A DNA stretch of 64,000 nt from Opitutales bacterium (GCA_965197745.1 CBDANS010000006.1:384001-448000), one strand, 5' to 3'. Positions 1 to 10,379 are shown, numbered from the stretch's first letter. Notes: generated by a model not told the origin, from the sequence alone. Translations and numbers: made by a program.

Positions 1-525
1 CGTATCATCTATTGAAAGCGTAGTCTGTGTTTCATAAGCTAATTCTGAAGGATTTTTAACTTGGAGTTTTGCCACATCATCAACAGATTCTACAAGGTAT
101 ATGTTTCCTCCCCATTTCTTGTCATAATGCCCCATCGTTCCATTTACTTCAACATGTCTCTCATGTCCGATGAGAATCACTTCCCGCGCGCTCTTAGCGT
201 GTCGCTCGACCTGCCGATGAACCTTTGTCACCAATGGGCAAGTGGCATCAATTATATTGAAATTACGCTCACGCGCTTGTTTTGATTTTTCGGTCGCGAC
301 TCCATGCGCGCTGAATATCAGGTTTGAACCGTGGGGAACATCGTTCAAATCCTCGGTAAATATCGCCCCTCGTGATTTCAGATCTTCAACTACCCTTTGA
401 TTATGAACAATCTCATGCAAGACGTATACCGGAGGCCCATAAATTTCGAGAGCTCTTTCAACGATTTCAATCGCTCGGTAGACACCTGCGCAGAATCCGC
501 GCGGCTGTGCTAATACAACATCCAT
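1..525 (-). CDS. ispH: 4-hydroxy-3-methylbut-2-enyl diphosphate reductase (5' part; runs off the left edge)
   Basis: Not in the ORF track. Manual translation from ATG at 525: [42 protein letters not shown]...FSAHGV...[11 protein letters not shown]...[10 protein letters not shown], which are IspH motifs. Confidence 0.96.
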   Translation of the reverse strand, partial: MDVVLAQPRGFCAGVYRAIEIVERALEIYGPPVYVLHEIVHNQRVVEDLKSRGAIFTEDLNDVPHGSNLIFSAHGVATEKSKQARERNFNIIDATCPLVTKVHRQVERHAKSAREVILIGHERHVEVNGTMGHYDKKWGGNIYLVESVDDVAKLQVKNPSELAYETQTTLSIDDT

Positions 526-766
526 ATTCGATTAGTATAATACTTTAAAAAAATTCAATATTCAATGTAAGTGACTAATACCTTCACGGTCAATGTTGGA
601 ATTTCATAAATATATTGAAAGATAATGACTTGACATAAATTATCAGCGAAATGTTATTGAAACACTATTCGAGGTATATAGCAGCTCTGTGCAGAGCGAT
701 TCAATATAAGTTTTATGCTTTTGGCGTCTTTGTCCTACCCAAAAATTTAACAAGGATAATCCAAAA

Positions 767-1861
767 ATGACAGAATCGGCATTAAAATCCGGTCTTCGCT
801 ATGATGAGGATTCTGCCTCTAAACCTGACTTCTCAAAGTTAAGTGATTTCGAACTTCAGGACTATCTGCTGAAAGGGGTATCACGCACCTTTGCCTTAAC
901 GATTCCACAATTACCGCATGAATTGCGTTATGCAGTTTCAAACGCTTACCTCTTGTGCCGCATTGTCGACACCATAGAAGACGAACCCGCATTATCGGGT
1001 GATCAAAAAAAACAGTTATGCGAACAGTTTGAAAACGTAATTAGAGGTAAGACGAACCCCGAAGAATTTACTGACGACTTATCAGGATTGCTTTCAAAAG
1101 CTACCATTCCAGAAGAACACGAATTAATTGAATTGACGCCACGTGTCATAAATATCACACGAAGTTTTGATACCGAAATTAGAGAAGCATTGCAACAATG
1201 CGTAAACATCATGACGAGGGGAATGGTGCGATTTCAAATCGATAATCGATCCTTCGGATTGCAGAATTTAAATGAGCTTGATCAATATTGTTACTATGTC
1301 GCAGGCGTTGTCGGTGAAATGTTGACCAGGCTATTTTGTCATTATTCTTCTAATATTGAGAAAAACAGGAATCAGCTTTTAGAATTGGCTGTTTCCTTTG
1401 GGCAAGGACTGCAAATGACAAACATACTTAAAGACATGTGGGAAGACAACAGTCGGTCGGCTTGTTGGCTGCCTCGAGATATCTTCGTCAGTGGAGACTC
1501 CACCCTCCAGAACTTGGAAGCCATACATAAAGATGAAAAATTTTCTGAAGGTTTGAATTACTTAATTGAAATCACCCATGGACATTTAAGTAACGCCCTT
1601 AATTACGTGCTGCTCATTCCGGAAAATGAAAAAGGTATTAGAAAATTTTGTCTTTGGAACATCGGTATGGCTATATTAACCTTGCGAAAAATAAAAAATA
1701 CCCGAAATTTCACTCGCGGTAGGGATGTTAAAATTTCTCGTCTCAGTGTAAAAATGACCATCCTGGCGACGCACTTCACAGTAGGTAATAATCAACTGCT
1801 GAAATTTCTTTTTAGACTTGCGGGGATGCGTCTGCCTATTGCGCTTTCTAAAAATCAATAA
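767..1861 (+). CDS. Squalene/phytoene synthase family protein, probably a single-enzyme squalene synthase
   Basis: VSRTFALTI, DTIEDE, YCYYVAGVVG and GLQMTNILKD motifs; directly upstream of shc. Confidence 0.88.
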   Translation: MTESALKSGLRYDEDSASKPDFSKLSDFELQDYLLKGVSRTFALTIPQLPHELRYAVSNAYLLCRIVDTIEDEPALSGDQKKQLCEQFENVIRGKTNPEEFTDDLSGLLSKATIPEEHELIELTPRVINITRSFDTEIREALQQCVNIMTRGMVRFQIDNRSFGLQNLNELDQYCYYVAGVVGEMLTRLFCHYSSNIEKNRNQLLELAVSFGQGLQMTNILKDMWEDNSRSACWLPRDIFVSGDSTLQNLEAIHKDEKFSEGLNYLIEITHGHLSNALNYVLLIPENEKGIRKFCLWNIGMAILTLRKIKNTRNFTRGRDVKISRLSVKMTILATHFTVGNNQLLKFLFRLAGMRLPIALSKNQ

Positions 1862-1938
1862 TAGCCATAATTTATCTTTGCGAAATTATCGCTGCTCAGG
1901 CTTTTTAAAAAAGTTCGAGTGCGATACTCGCCTCTGCG

Positions 1939-3891
1939 ATGAGTGATCCTGTCGAAAACCCTATTGAAGCAGGAATTAACGCCACAAATACTGAATCTCG
2001 GATTGCGTTAATTTCAAAGGCTGTCAGTCACGGGCAAAAAGCACTGATCGATCTGCAAAATCCCGACGGGCACTGGTGTTTTGAATTGGAAGCCGACTGC
2101 ACTATCCCTGCTGAATACATTATAATGATGCATTATATGGACGAAGTGAATGATTCGTTGCAGACTAAAATTGGGGTTTATCTTCGCGATCACCAGATGG
2201 AGGATGGCGGTTGGCCGCTCTATCATGGCGGTACGGGTAATATCAGCTGTTCGGTTAAAGTATACTACGCTTTAAAACTTATAGGCGATAAACCTGACGA
2301 AGATCACATGAGAAGAGCACGCGCTGCTATTTTATCCTGGGGAGGAGCGGCTCGCAGCAATGTTTTTACACGGATCACCCTCGCCTTATTTGAACAGATA
2401 CCGTGGCGCGGTGTTCCCTTCATGCCGGTAGAATGTATGCTTTTCCCGCGCTGGTTTCCTTTCCATATCATGAAGATCTCGTATTGGTCCAGGACGGTTA
2501 TGGTCCCCCTTCTTATTCTCTACCATTATAAACCAAAGGCGAAAAATCCCAACAAAGTTTCAATAACTGAACTCTTTGTCACTCCACCGGATAGAGAAAA
2601 GCATTATTTTCCCCTCCGCTCTTTCTTTAATTTCCTCTTTTACTTTCTCGACAGGTTTGGGATCTTATTCAATCCCCTGATTCCAAAAACTATTCACCAC
2701 CGGGCATTGAAGAAAGCTGAGCACTGGATGATCGAACGCTTGAATGGGTTTGGCGGGTTAGGGGCAATTTTTCCCGCTATGGTAAACGCCTACGAAGCGT
2801 TGGTCTGCCTTGGCTATGCGAAGGACCATCCCTATTGCGTAACTGCGCGCGATGCCATAGATAGACTGCTCGTTGTGGGAAACGACAGGGCCTATTGTCA
2901 GCCATGTATTTCACCGGTTTGGGACACCTCCCTGGCAAGCTTAGCCTTACAGGAATGTGACAGTGCAGAAATTAAAGCCGCCGAGACTCAGGCACTGGAC
3001 TGGCTCAATGAAAGACAGCTCCTGGAAGAGCCAGGGGATTGGCAGGAATACAGACCTTCCTTACCTGGAGGAGGTTGGGCTTTTCAATTACAAAATCCGC
3101 ATTATCCGGATCTTGACGACACTGCGGTAGTTGCTTTTGCGATGTTAAAAAATGAAGCAGGACGGTTCCAGGAACCGGCTAAACGGGCGATTGAATGGAT
3201 TGCGGGTATGCAATCAAAAAACGGAGGCTATGCCTCATTTGATGCTGATAATGACTATTATTATCTAAATGAAATTCCCTTTGCCGATCACGGCGCGCTA
3301 TTAGGTCCGCCGACAAGTGATGTCAGTGCCCGATGCCTAATGTTATTATCGCAATCCCCGTCTTATAAAGATCTATACGAGAAGGCAATACAGTTGTGTC
3401 TCGACTATTTGTATCGGGAACAGGAAGACGATGGCTCCTGGTTTGGGAGATGGGGGACAAATTATATTTATGGCACCTGGTCTGTCCTTATCGCCCTGGA
3501 GCAAGCGAAGATCAGCGCTGAACACTCAAGCATTCAAAAAGCGATAACATGGCTGAATAGCAAACAACGTTCTGATGGAGGATGGGGTGAAAGTAATAAT
3601 TCTTATGCGGATACCAGCACCCGCGGGCAAGCAGCCAGCAGCACATCATTTCAAACAGCCTGGGCACTCTTAGGATTAATGGCCGCGGGTGAAGGTAAAT
3701 CAGAGGCCGTGGAGCGAGGAATTGACTATCTGCTAAAGAAGCAAACCGCAATAGGACTCTGGGATGATGTGGAATTCACAGCGCCCGGGTTTCCCAGGGT
3801 TTTTTATTTAAAGTACCACGGTTATGATAAGTACTTTCCGCTCTGGGCCCTCGCGCGGTATAATAACATTCTTTCAGAACGAAACCTGTGA
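1939..3891 (+). CDS. shc: Squalene-hopene cyclase
   Basis: Catalytic DLDDTA (DxDD) motif, QW repeats (QNPDGHW, QMEDGGW, QEDDGSW, QRSDGGW), C-terminal GFPRVFYLKYHGY. Confidence 0.97.
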   Translation: MSDPVENPIEAGINATNTESRIALISKAVSHGQKALIDLQNPDGHWCFELEADCTIPAEYIIMMHYMDEVNDSLQTKIGVYLRDHQMEDGGWPLYHGGTGNISCSVKVYYALKLIGDKPDEDHMRRARAAILSWGGAARSNVFTRITLALFEQIPWRGVPFMPVECMLFPRWFPFHIMKISYWSRTVMVPLLILYHYKPKAKNPNKVSITELFVTPPDREKHYFPLRSFFNFLFYFLDRFGILFNPLIPKTIHHRALKKAEHWMIERLNGFGGLGAIFPAMVNAYEALVCLGYAKDHPYCVTARDAIDRLLVVGNDRAYCQPCISPVWDTSLASLALQECDSAEIKAAETQALDWLNERQLLEEPGDWQEYRPSLPGGGWAFQLQNPHYPDLDDTAVVAFAMLKNEAGRFQEPAKRAIEWIAGMQSKNGGYASFDADNDYYYLNEIPFADHGALLGPPTSDVSARCLMLLSQSPSYKDLYEKAIQLCLDYLYREQEDDGSWFGRWGTNYIYGTWSVLIALEQAKISAEHSSIQKAITWLNSKQRSDGGWGESNNSYADTSTRGQAASSTSFQTAWALLGLMAAGEGKSEAVERGIDYLLKKQTAIGLWDDVEFTAPGFPRVFYLKYHGYDKYFPLWALARYNNILSERNL

Positions 3892-4607
3892 AACTGGGAA
3901 TAATCGCAGCTCTGCACGAGGAGATAAAAAGTCTGACCCCTCAGATTATAGAGACCGGAAATTCAGCATGGTTAAAAGATAAAATTTGCATCTTTCATTC
4001 TGGAGTCGGTCGGAATTGCGCTGGCCACGCTGCAAACAGATTAGTTGAACAGGGTGCCTCCGCCTTGCTGAGCTGGGGATGTGCTGCTGGTCTCGACAGG
4101 AAGCTTAAACCGGGAAACCTCCTGCTCCCCGAACGTATCATAAGTAAAGACGGCCGTATTTTTCAGGCCGATGGGGACTGGCATAAAAGGTTTATCAATA
4201 ATTTAGCAGGTAAAGTCAGTATCTACAAGGACGCCCTTGTTGAAAGTGATCAGATAATAACCGATCCGGCGCAAAAAAAAAATCTTTGCACCCAATCACA
4301 AGCAATAGCTGCGGATATGGAAAGTGCGGCAATTGCCGAGGTCGCAGAGAAAAATAAATTGTCTTTTCTCGTAATCAGAGCGATCGCCGATACAAGCAAA
4401 TGTGGAATCCCTAATTGCGTTACGCAATCGCAGGATGGGAGGGGTGAGATAAAAAAATTACTTCTCTTAAAGAATGCGTTTATGCACCCTGCTGATTGGA
4501 TCCCCCTGATCGTGCTTGCACAACAATTTCTGGCAGCGCATAAGACTTTAAAGCAGGTTATATCAAATTCACCGAGTGACTTTTATTGTGAAGAACCCCT
4601 ACGATGA
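3888..4607 (+). CDS. hpnG: Hopanoid-associated nucleoside phosphorylase (HpnG-like)
   Basis: PNP/MTA nucleosidase motifs (SWGCAAGL, AADMESAA, IRAIAD); GTG start overlaps the shc stop. Confidence 0.82.
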   Translation: MKLGIIAALHEEIKSLTPQIIETGNSAWLKDKICIFHSGVGRNCAGHAANRLVEQGASALLSWGCAAGLDRKLKPGNLLLPERIISKDGRIFQADGDWHKRFINNLAGKVSIYKDALVESDQIITDPAQKKNLCTQSQAIAADMESAAIAEVAEKNKLSFLVIRAIADTSKCGIPNCVTQSQDGRGEIKKLLLLKNAFMHPADWIPLIVLAQQFLAAHKTLKQVISNSPSDFYCEEPLR

Positions 4608-4620
4608 ATGAACGGTTCAG

Positions 4621-5604
4621 ATGACGACTCTTATCACAGGCGCTACTGGTTTTTTAGGTTCTGCTGTCCTCAGGCAATTGATTTCTCACGGCCATCAGGT
4701 TCGCGCATTGGTCCGGGAAAAAAGTGACCGAAGAAATCTTGAAGGCCTGGATGTTGAAATCGTGGTGGGTGATCTCATTAATCGCTCCTCTCTTAGAAGT
4801 GCCTTGAAAAATTGTGATTCATTATTCCATGTGGCAGCAGATTATCGATTGTGGGTTCCGAATCCCCCTGAAATTTACCGCAACAATGTTGACGGCACAC
4901 TTAATCTTATGACCGTCGCTGCCGAACTTGGTGTTAATCGAATAGTCTATACCAGTAGTGTGGCAACATTAGGTTTAAATAAGGATGGAAGCCCTGCCGA
5001 TGAAACGACCCCGGTCTCTTTGGGAGATATGATTGGACATTACAAGCGCTCAAAATTTATGGCTGAACAAGAAGTAGACAGGCTGGTCAAAGAGGAGGGA
5101 TTACCTGTTGTTACGGTTAACCCGTCTACCCCCATCGGTCCCAGGGATATTAAACCAACTCCAACGGGACGAATGATTCTTGACGCGGTGAAAGGCAAGA
5201 TTCCTGTTTACGTCGACACTGGTTTAAATGTAGTCCATGTCGATGATGTCGCGCTTGGGCATCTGCTCGCATTTGCCGAAGGAAAGATTGGTGAACGGTA
5301 CCTCTTAGGTGGTGAGAATATGAGTTTACAAAATATTCTATTAGAAATTTCGAAAATCACGGGACATGCACCACCTCGATTCCAGATTCCCCACAATTTT
5401 ATTTTGCCTCTGGCATATGGAGTTGAATGGATAGCGCGGTTAACACACATCAAGGATCCTCTAGTGACTGTCGATGGCGTGCGATTAGCAAAAAAAAAGA
5501 TGTATTTTTCTACGACAAAAGCTCACCAGGAGTTAGGGTATAATCCAAGGCCAGCGAAAGAAGCAATAGAAGATGCTGTCACCTGGTTTTTAGACCAAGG
5601 ATAA
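4621..5604 (+). CDS. hpnA: Hopanoid-associated NAD-dependent sugar epimerase/dehydratase
   Basis: TGATGFLG Rossmann motif, HVAADYRLW, YKRSK, GPRDIKPTPTG; hopanoid gene context. Confidence 0.9.
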   Translation: MTTLITGATGFLGSAVLRQLISHGHQVRALVREKSDRRNLEGLDVEIVVGDLINRSSLRSALKNCDSLFHVAADYRLWVPNPPEIYRNNVDGTLNLMTVAAELGVNRIVYTSSVATLGLNKDGSPADETTPVSLGDMIGHYKRSKFMAEQEVDRLVKEEGLPVVTVNPSTPIGPRDIKPTPTGRMILDAVKGKIPVYVDTGLNVVHVDDVALGHLLAFAEGKIGERYLLGGENMSLQNILLEISKITGHAPPRFQIPHNFILPLAYGVEWIARLTHIKDPLVTVDGVRLAKKKMYFSTTKAHQELGYNPRPAKEAIEDAVTWFLDQG

Positions 5605-5647
5605 ATATATGAATATCCTTATTAAAATCAGCAACAGCTTCATTATC

Positions 5648-5677
5648 TTGACAATAGGTGGGTTCGGAAAATATATA
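5648..5677 (+). promoter_or_regulatory. Possible sigma70-type promoter for ino1 (possibly a leaderless transcript)
   Basis: TTGACA at 5648-5653, 18-nt spacer, TATATA at 5672-5677; ATG at 5682 has no clear Shine-Dalgarno. Confidence 0.4.
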
Positions 5678-5681
5678 CGCT

Positions 5682-6848
5682 ATGAGCAAAATTAAAATTG
5701 CCCTTGTCGGTGTAGGTAATTGCGCCAGCTCACTAGTCCAGGGAATTCACTTTTATCAGGATGATAACCTGGAACGTGCTATCGGGTTAATGCATAGTGA
5801 GATTGGTGACTATAAACCGAATGATATCGAGGTCGTTGCCGCATTTGATATCGATAAAAGAAAGGTAGGCAAAGATGTAAATACCGCTATTTTTGCCGAA
5901 CCGAATTGCACGAAGGTCTTTTGTGGAGATTTACCTCTTTCAGGAATTATGGTGCAAATGGGAAAACTGCTCGATGGGTTTGCCCCCCATATGCAGGAAT
6001 TCAAGGATACACAGACGTTTGTCATATCCGATGAACCCGAACCACCCGATAAAGAAATTGTAGAAATAATCAGAGAATCCGGTGCTGAAATTCTTGTCAA
6101 TTATCTGCCCGTCGGTTCAGAGGAAGCGACACGATTTTATGCCCAATGCGCGTTAGAAGCAGAAGTGGCTTTTATCAATAATATACCGGTCTTTATCGCC
6201 AGCGATCCCGAGTGGGCTAAGAAATTTGCGGATAAAAAACTACCCATTATTGGTGATGATATTAAAGCTCAACTGGGGGCAACAATCACGCATCGGGCGT
6301 TGACTGATTTGTTTAAAAAACGCGGCGTTAAATTGGAGAAAACTTATCAGCTTAATACGGGAGGGAATACGGATTTTCTTAATATGCTCAGTCGCAGCCG
6401 TCTCGCCTCTAAAAAGATTTCAAAAACTGAAGCAGTTCAGTCAGTGACCGCCTGTCGTATGGATGAAGACAGCATCCACATTGGGCCGAGTGATTATGTG
6501 CCATGGCAAAATGACAATAAAATTTGTTTTATCCGCATGGAAGGTCTGCTTTTCGGAAATGTGCCAATGAATCTTGAGCTCCGCCTTTCCGTGGAAGATT
6601 CTCCGAATTCAGCGGGTGTCGCTATCGATGCCATCCGCTGCGCAAAACTAGCCTTGAACCGCGGGCGAGGGGGTATTCTTTACGCACCTTCAGCTTATTT
6701 CTGTAAGCACCCACCACAACAGTTTACCGACGACGAAGCATTTCACATGATGGAAAAATTCATCGTCGAGATGGAAGAAGGTGATCCGGACCATGAAATG
6801 TCTGATCATAGCAGCCGGGAAAGGCAGCCGTCTACAATTACGTGGTAA
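5682..6848 (+). CDS. ino1: myo-inositol-1(3)-phosphate synthase
   Basis: GVGNCASSLVQG, GDDIKAQLGAT, QLNTGGNTDFLNM, KKISKT, EDSPNSAG. ATG 5682 preferred over GTG 5658. Confidence 0.93.
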   Translation: MSKIKIALVGVGNCASSLVQGIHFYQDDNLERAIGLMHSEIGDYKPNDIEVVAAFDIDKRKVGKDVNTAIFAEPNCTKVFCGDLPLSGIMVQMGKLLDGFAPHMQEFKDTQTFVISDEPEPPDKEIVEIIRESGAEILVNYLPVGSEEATRFYAQCALEAEVAFINNIPVFIASDPEWAKKFADKKLPIIGDDIKAQLGATITHRALTDLFKKRGVKLEKTYQLNTGGNTDFLNMLSRSRLASKKISKTEAVQSVTACRMDEDSIHIGPSDYVPWQNDNKICFIRMEGLLFGNVPMNLELRLSVEDSPNSAGVAIDAIRCAKLALNRGRGGILYAPSAYFCKHPPQQFTDDEAFHMMEKFIVEMEEGDPDHEMSDHSSRERQPSTITW

Positions 6849-7527
6849 CAGCAAACCGCTTATACCCGTATTTGGGGTTCCTTTAATCGAACGCGTTATC
6901 CGTTCAGCATTGGATGCGGGAGTCGATGAGTTTTTTGTTGTTACCGGCTATCAGAAGGAATATGTCACTTCATTTCTTCACGATTTAGCAAGCCGGCTAA
7001 GCATTTCCATTACTCCTATCTACAATAAGGATTGGGAAAAAGAAAACGGTCTTTCGGTATTGAAAGCAAAAGACTCCATTAACGAGCCCTTTCTCCTGCT
7101 CATGGCTGATCATATATTTGACCCGCTTACCATTCGAGAATTGTTGGAAGTACCGCTTCCGAATGGAGAAATTAATCTGGCCGTTGATAGAGATATCGAC
7201 AATCCCACCGTAAATATGGATGACGTGACCCGCGTAAAAATTGAAAAAGGGAAAATAACGGCCATTGGAAAGGGCCTTTCTGATTATAACGGGTTTGATA
7301 CCGGGATATTCTTGTGCACGCCCGCAATCTTTGAAGCCTTGCAGAAGAGCACTGAAGGGGATAACGATACCACGCTCAGTGGTGGTGTTTGTAAATTAGC
7401 ATCACAGGGTCGTGTGAACGCAGCAGAATTTCATGGTCAATTCTGGATCGATGTCGACGATCCCGAAGCAATCAGGCAGGCAGAGAATATCCTTCTCAAT
7501 TATCTACCGGAAAACTACCAGGAGTGA
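6793..7527 (+). CDS. Nucleotidyltransferase, likely CTP:inositol-1-phosphate cytidylyltransferase (IPCT), with no fused CDP-alcohol phosphotransferase domain
   Basis: MKCLIIAAGKGSRL...KPL, ENGLS, LMADH, DTGIFLC, WIDVDD; overlaps the ino1 3' end by 56 nt. Confidence 0.75.
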   Translation: MKCLIIAAGKGSRLQLRGNSKPLIPVFGVPLIERVIRSALDAGVDEFFVVTGYQKEYVTSFLHDLASRLSISITPIYNKDWEKENGLSVLKAKDSINEPFLLLMADHIFDPLTIRELLEVPLPNGEINLAVDRDIDNPTVNMDDVTRVKIEKGKITAIGKGLSDYNGFDTGIFLCTPAIFEALQKSTEGDNDTTLSGGVCKLASQGRVNAAEFHGQFWIDVDDPEAIRQAENILLNYLPENYQE

Positions 7528-7736
7528 AGGGCTTCGTTGATTTGTTAAAATGCTAAGTACCCTTTGGGAGCCTATAATATAGGTGAATAAGCAGCCCAAT
7601 TAATATTAAATATGTTGCAATGTAATGAATTGGCCCTTTAGCCTTATCACCTACTGTAAATTGCTTTTATCTTGAGATTTACATATTAGAGAGGGATATC
7701 TGGATTTCGTTTCATTAATTTATATTGGTAATTAAT

Positions 7737-9653
7737 ATGTCGCTTTTAGATCGAATAAAGGATCCGGCTGATGTAAAAGCCCTAACCTTTGACGAACTCT
7801 CTTCTCTTGCCGAAGATATCAGAGCTAAAATTATTGAGGTCACATCGAATAACGGTGGCCATATTGGGCCTAACCTCGGTGTCGTTGAACTCACCTTAGC
7901 ATTGCACCGGGTTTTTGATTCACCCCGTGATAAATTTACCTTTGATGTATCACACCAGGGGTATGTTCATAAATTGCTCACCGGTCGCCAGGGAGAACTG
8001 TTTAAAAATTTGCGGAAAACGGGTGGCGTCAGTGGATTTCTCTCTCGCAGTGAAAGCCCTCACGATAGTTATGGAGCCGGGCATGCCGGGACAGGTTTGT
8101 CCTCGGCCCTGGGAATGGCTGCAGCGAGAGACCTCCGTGGGAGTGATGAGAACGTTGTCGCTATTATTGGAGATGCCGGACTCACATGCGGTATCACAAT
8201 GGAAGCTCTTAATAACATTACCGTCCACACAAAGCGATTGGTAGTTGTGCTTAATGATAACAAGTGGTCTATATCTAAGAATGTAGGCGCCATATCTAAA
8301 TACCTCAATGAGCTGATCACTAATCCGTTTTATAATCAGCTCGACCAGGATGTAAAAGCGTTTCTACGTAAAATACCCGGCGGTGATTCTCTCATTAAGA
8401 TTGGTCGGAAAGCGAAAAAGGACGCCAAGGATTTTATCGTGCCCTCTTCTCTCTTTGAAAAGTATGGGTTACGCTACCTGGGCCCCATTGATGGCAACGA
8501 TCTCGAAAGCCTCATTTATTATCTCGAGTTCTGCAGAAGTTACGAGAAACCCATAGTCTTACACATTCTCACAACGAAGGGCAAGGGCTACGAACCGGCA
8601 ATCGCGGACCCTGAAACATTTCACGGTCCCGGTCCTTTTGAAATAACCACCGGAAAAAGTAAACCGAGCAAAGCGGGAACGCCACCGAAATATCAGGATG
8701 TTTTTGGACAAGCCATGGTTCGCTTTGCCACCAGCGATCCAAAGGTCGTTGGAATCACAGCGGCCATGTCTACGGGTACAAGTTTAAAACTCCTTAACAA
8801 TGAATTACCCGACCAGTTCTTTGATGTGGGAATGGCAGAAGAACACGCCGTATTATTTGCCGCTGGATTGTCTACCCAGGAATTTAAACCTGTTTGCGCA
8901 ATCTATTCGACTATGCTCCAACGTGCTTACGATCCAATAGTCCACGATGTTGGAGTGCAAAATCTTCCGGTCACATTCTGCATGGATAGAGGCGGTCTTT
9001 CACCACAGGATGGACCGACCCATCACGGACTGTTTGATATCGCTTACTTGCGATGTGTTCCAAATTCAATCGTGATGCAACCCAAGGATGAGGACGAATT
9101 GGTCGACATGCTTTGGACCTGCCTGCAAACTGAGCAGCCTACTTTTATGCGTTATCCACGCGGCACGGGAGAAGGAGTCCCTATCAAAAAGGACGCTTCG
9201 CTTCTGAAAATTGGTAAAGCTGAGATTATCAAAAAAGGCAGCGACATCAATATCTGGGCTCTTGGACCCTGGGTAAGTGAAGCGATGAAGCTTTCAGAAA
9301 AACTGGGCGTAGAGGAGGGAATGTCCGTTGGCGTGGTAAACGCGCGATTTGCCAAACCTCTCGATACAAGTCTTCTTCTCGAACAGGCACATGCCAGCCT
9401 GGCTATTATTACAATGGAAGATCATGTTCTGAATGGCGGCTTTGGCAGTGCGGTTCTCGAAGTTCTAAATGAAAACAACTGTCACACTCCAGTGGAAAGA
9501 ATCGGCTGGCCTGATCGATTTATTGATCATGGATCTTCGGTAGATGATTTACGGATCCTTAATGGTTTAGACCTCGAGACACTCTATGACCGTATCTTGA
9601 AGCGTTATAATACATTGAACGCACGAACGGCTAAAGCAGATCTCTTCCGTTAA
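7737..9653 (+). CDS. dxs: 1-deoxy-D-xylulose-5-phosphate synthase
   Basis: GGHIGPNLGVVEL, DVSHQGYVHK, GDAG...LNDN TPP-binding motif, DVGMAEEHAV, DGPTHHG. Confidence 0.97.
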   Translation: MSLLDRIKDPADVKALTFDELSSLAEDIRAKIIEVTSNNGGHIGPNLGVVELTLALHRVFDSPRDKFTFDVSHQGYVHKLLTGRQGELFKNLRKTGGVSGFLSRSESPHDSYGAGHAGTGLSSALGMAAARDLRGSDENVVAIIGDAGLTCGITMEALNNITVHTKRLVVVLNDNKWSISKNVGAISKYLNELITNPFYNQLDQDVKAFLRKIPGGDSLIKIGRKAKKDAKDFIVPSSLFEKYGLRYLGPIDGNDLESLIYYLEFCRSYEKPIVLHILTTKGKGYEPAIADPETFHGPGPFEITTGKSKPSKAGTPPKYQDVFGQAMVRFATSDPKVVGITAAMSTGTSLKLLNNELPDQFFDVGMAEEHAVLFAAGLSTQEFKPVCAIYSTMLQRAYDPIVHDVGVQNLPVTFCMDRGGLSPQDGPTHHGLFDIAYLRCVPNSIVMQPKDEDELVDMLWTCLQTEQPTFMRYPRGTGEGVPIKKDASLLKIGKAEIIKKGSDINIWALGPWVSEAMKLSEKLGVEEGMSVGVVNARFAKPLDTSLLLEQAHASLAIITMEDHVLNGGFGSAVLEVLNENNCHTPVERIGWPDRFIDHGSSVDDLRILNGLDLETLYDRILKRYNTLNARTAKADLFR

Positions 9654-9778
9654 ACTAGCTGAATGTCAGCAGAGGCACAGCCGCTCGGCTTCTTAATTCC
9701 TTTTGCCAATACCGCATCCTGGCATCACCCATATCACCCTCCCATGCGAAGCCAACGGGTTGCATTAAATAGCCATTA

Positions 9779-10234
9779 CTATTGGGCGGTTATGGTGATA
9801 ATTTTAGGATCAGAATCGAGAATGAATTTGGCGTCCTCAAAGTCCGGTGGACTAAACAGTGGTTTGGCATCATTAGAGAATCCGTAGCGTTCTCTGAAAA
9901 TTATAAACAACAGCCCTTTATTAAATTTGTCGTCATTGTTTTCGTCATGAAAAAGGGCAATCGCGTATTCATCCCGAGGGAGTTCAGTAAATTGTGCTAT
10001 TGCTTTTTTCTCGCTGGGTTTAATGACCCTACTTCGAAATTCTTTGCCCCTCATGCAAAAAGTATCACTGGAATTATAGAGCGCTATTCTCACTGAACCA
10101 TTATTATTTTTTAATCTGAGGACATTAATTTTATTTGTCCCGTTTTTCATCTCTGGTCTCTTTGCCTCTTCACTTGAAAGCATGCAGTTCACACTTACTA
10201 AACTTAAAACTATTTGGATGAGGATTTTTCGCAT
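9779..10234 (-). CDS. DUF2141-family exported protein
   Basis: Signal-peptide-like start at ATG 10234 (MRKILIQIVL); YAIALFHDENND...ERYGFSND...PPDFEDAKF. Confidence 0.8.
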   Translation of the reverse strand: MRKILIQIVLSLVSVNCMLSSEEAKRPEMKNGTNKINVLRLKNNNGSVRIALYNSSDTFCMRGKEFRSRVIKPSEKKAIAQFTELPRDEYAIALFHDENNDDKFNKGLLFIIFRERYGFSNDAKPLFSPPDFEDAKFILDSDPKIITITAQ

Positions 10235-10379
10235 AGGGGAAGCAAGCAATTGCACTGGGAAATCAAAGAGGGACGATTTAAATGTCAATCTAATGTGAAA
10301 ATAAGCTATCGACGTTTGACATTATTTATTCTTGCTCAAACCATTCTTCTCGATGGAAATTACATTTTGATGAGGTAAA

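Noticed and set aside
61..285. 74-aa plus-strand ORF
   Set aside because: Antisense shadow of ispH, which has clear motifs on the minus strand.
4273..4282. A10 run in hpnG as a phase-variation tract
   Set aside because: The frame is intact (QKKN) and A-runs are common in this sequence; there is no evidence of switching.
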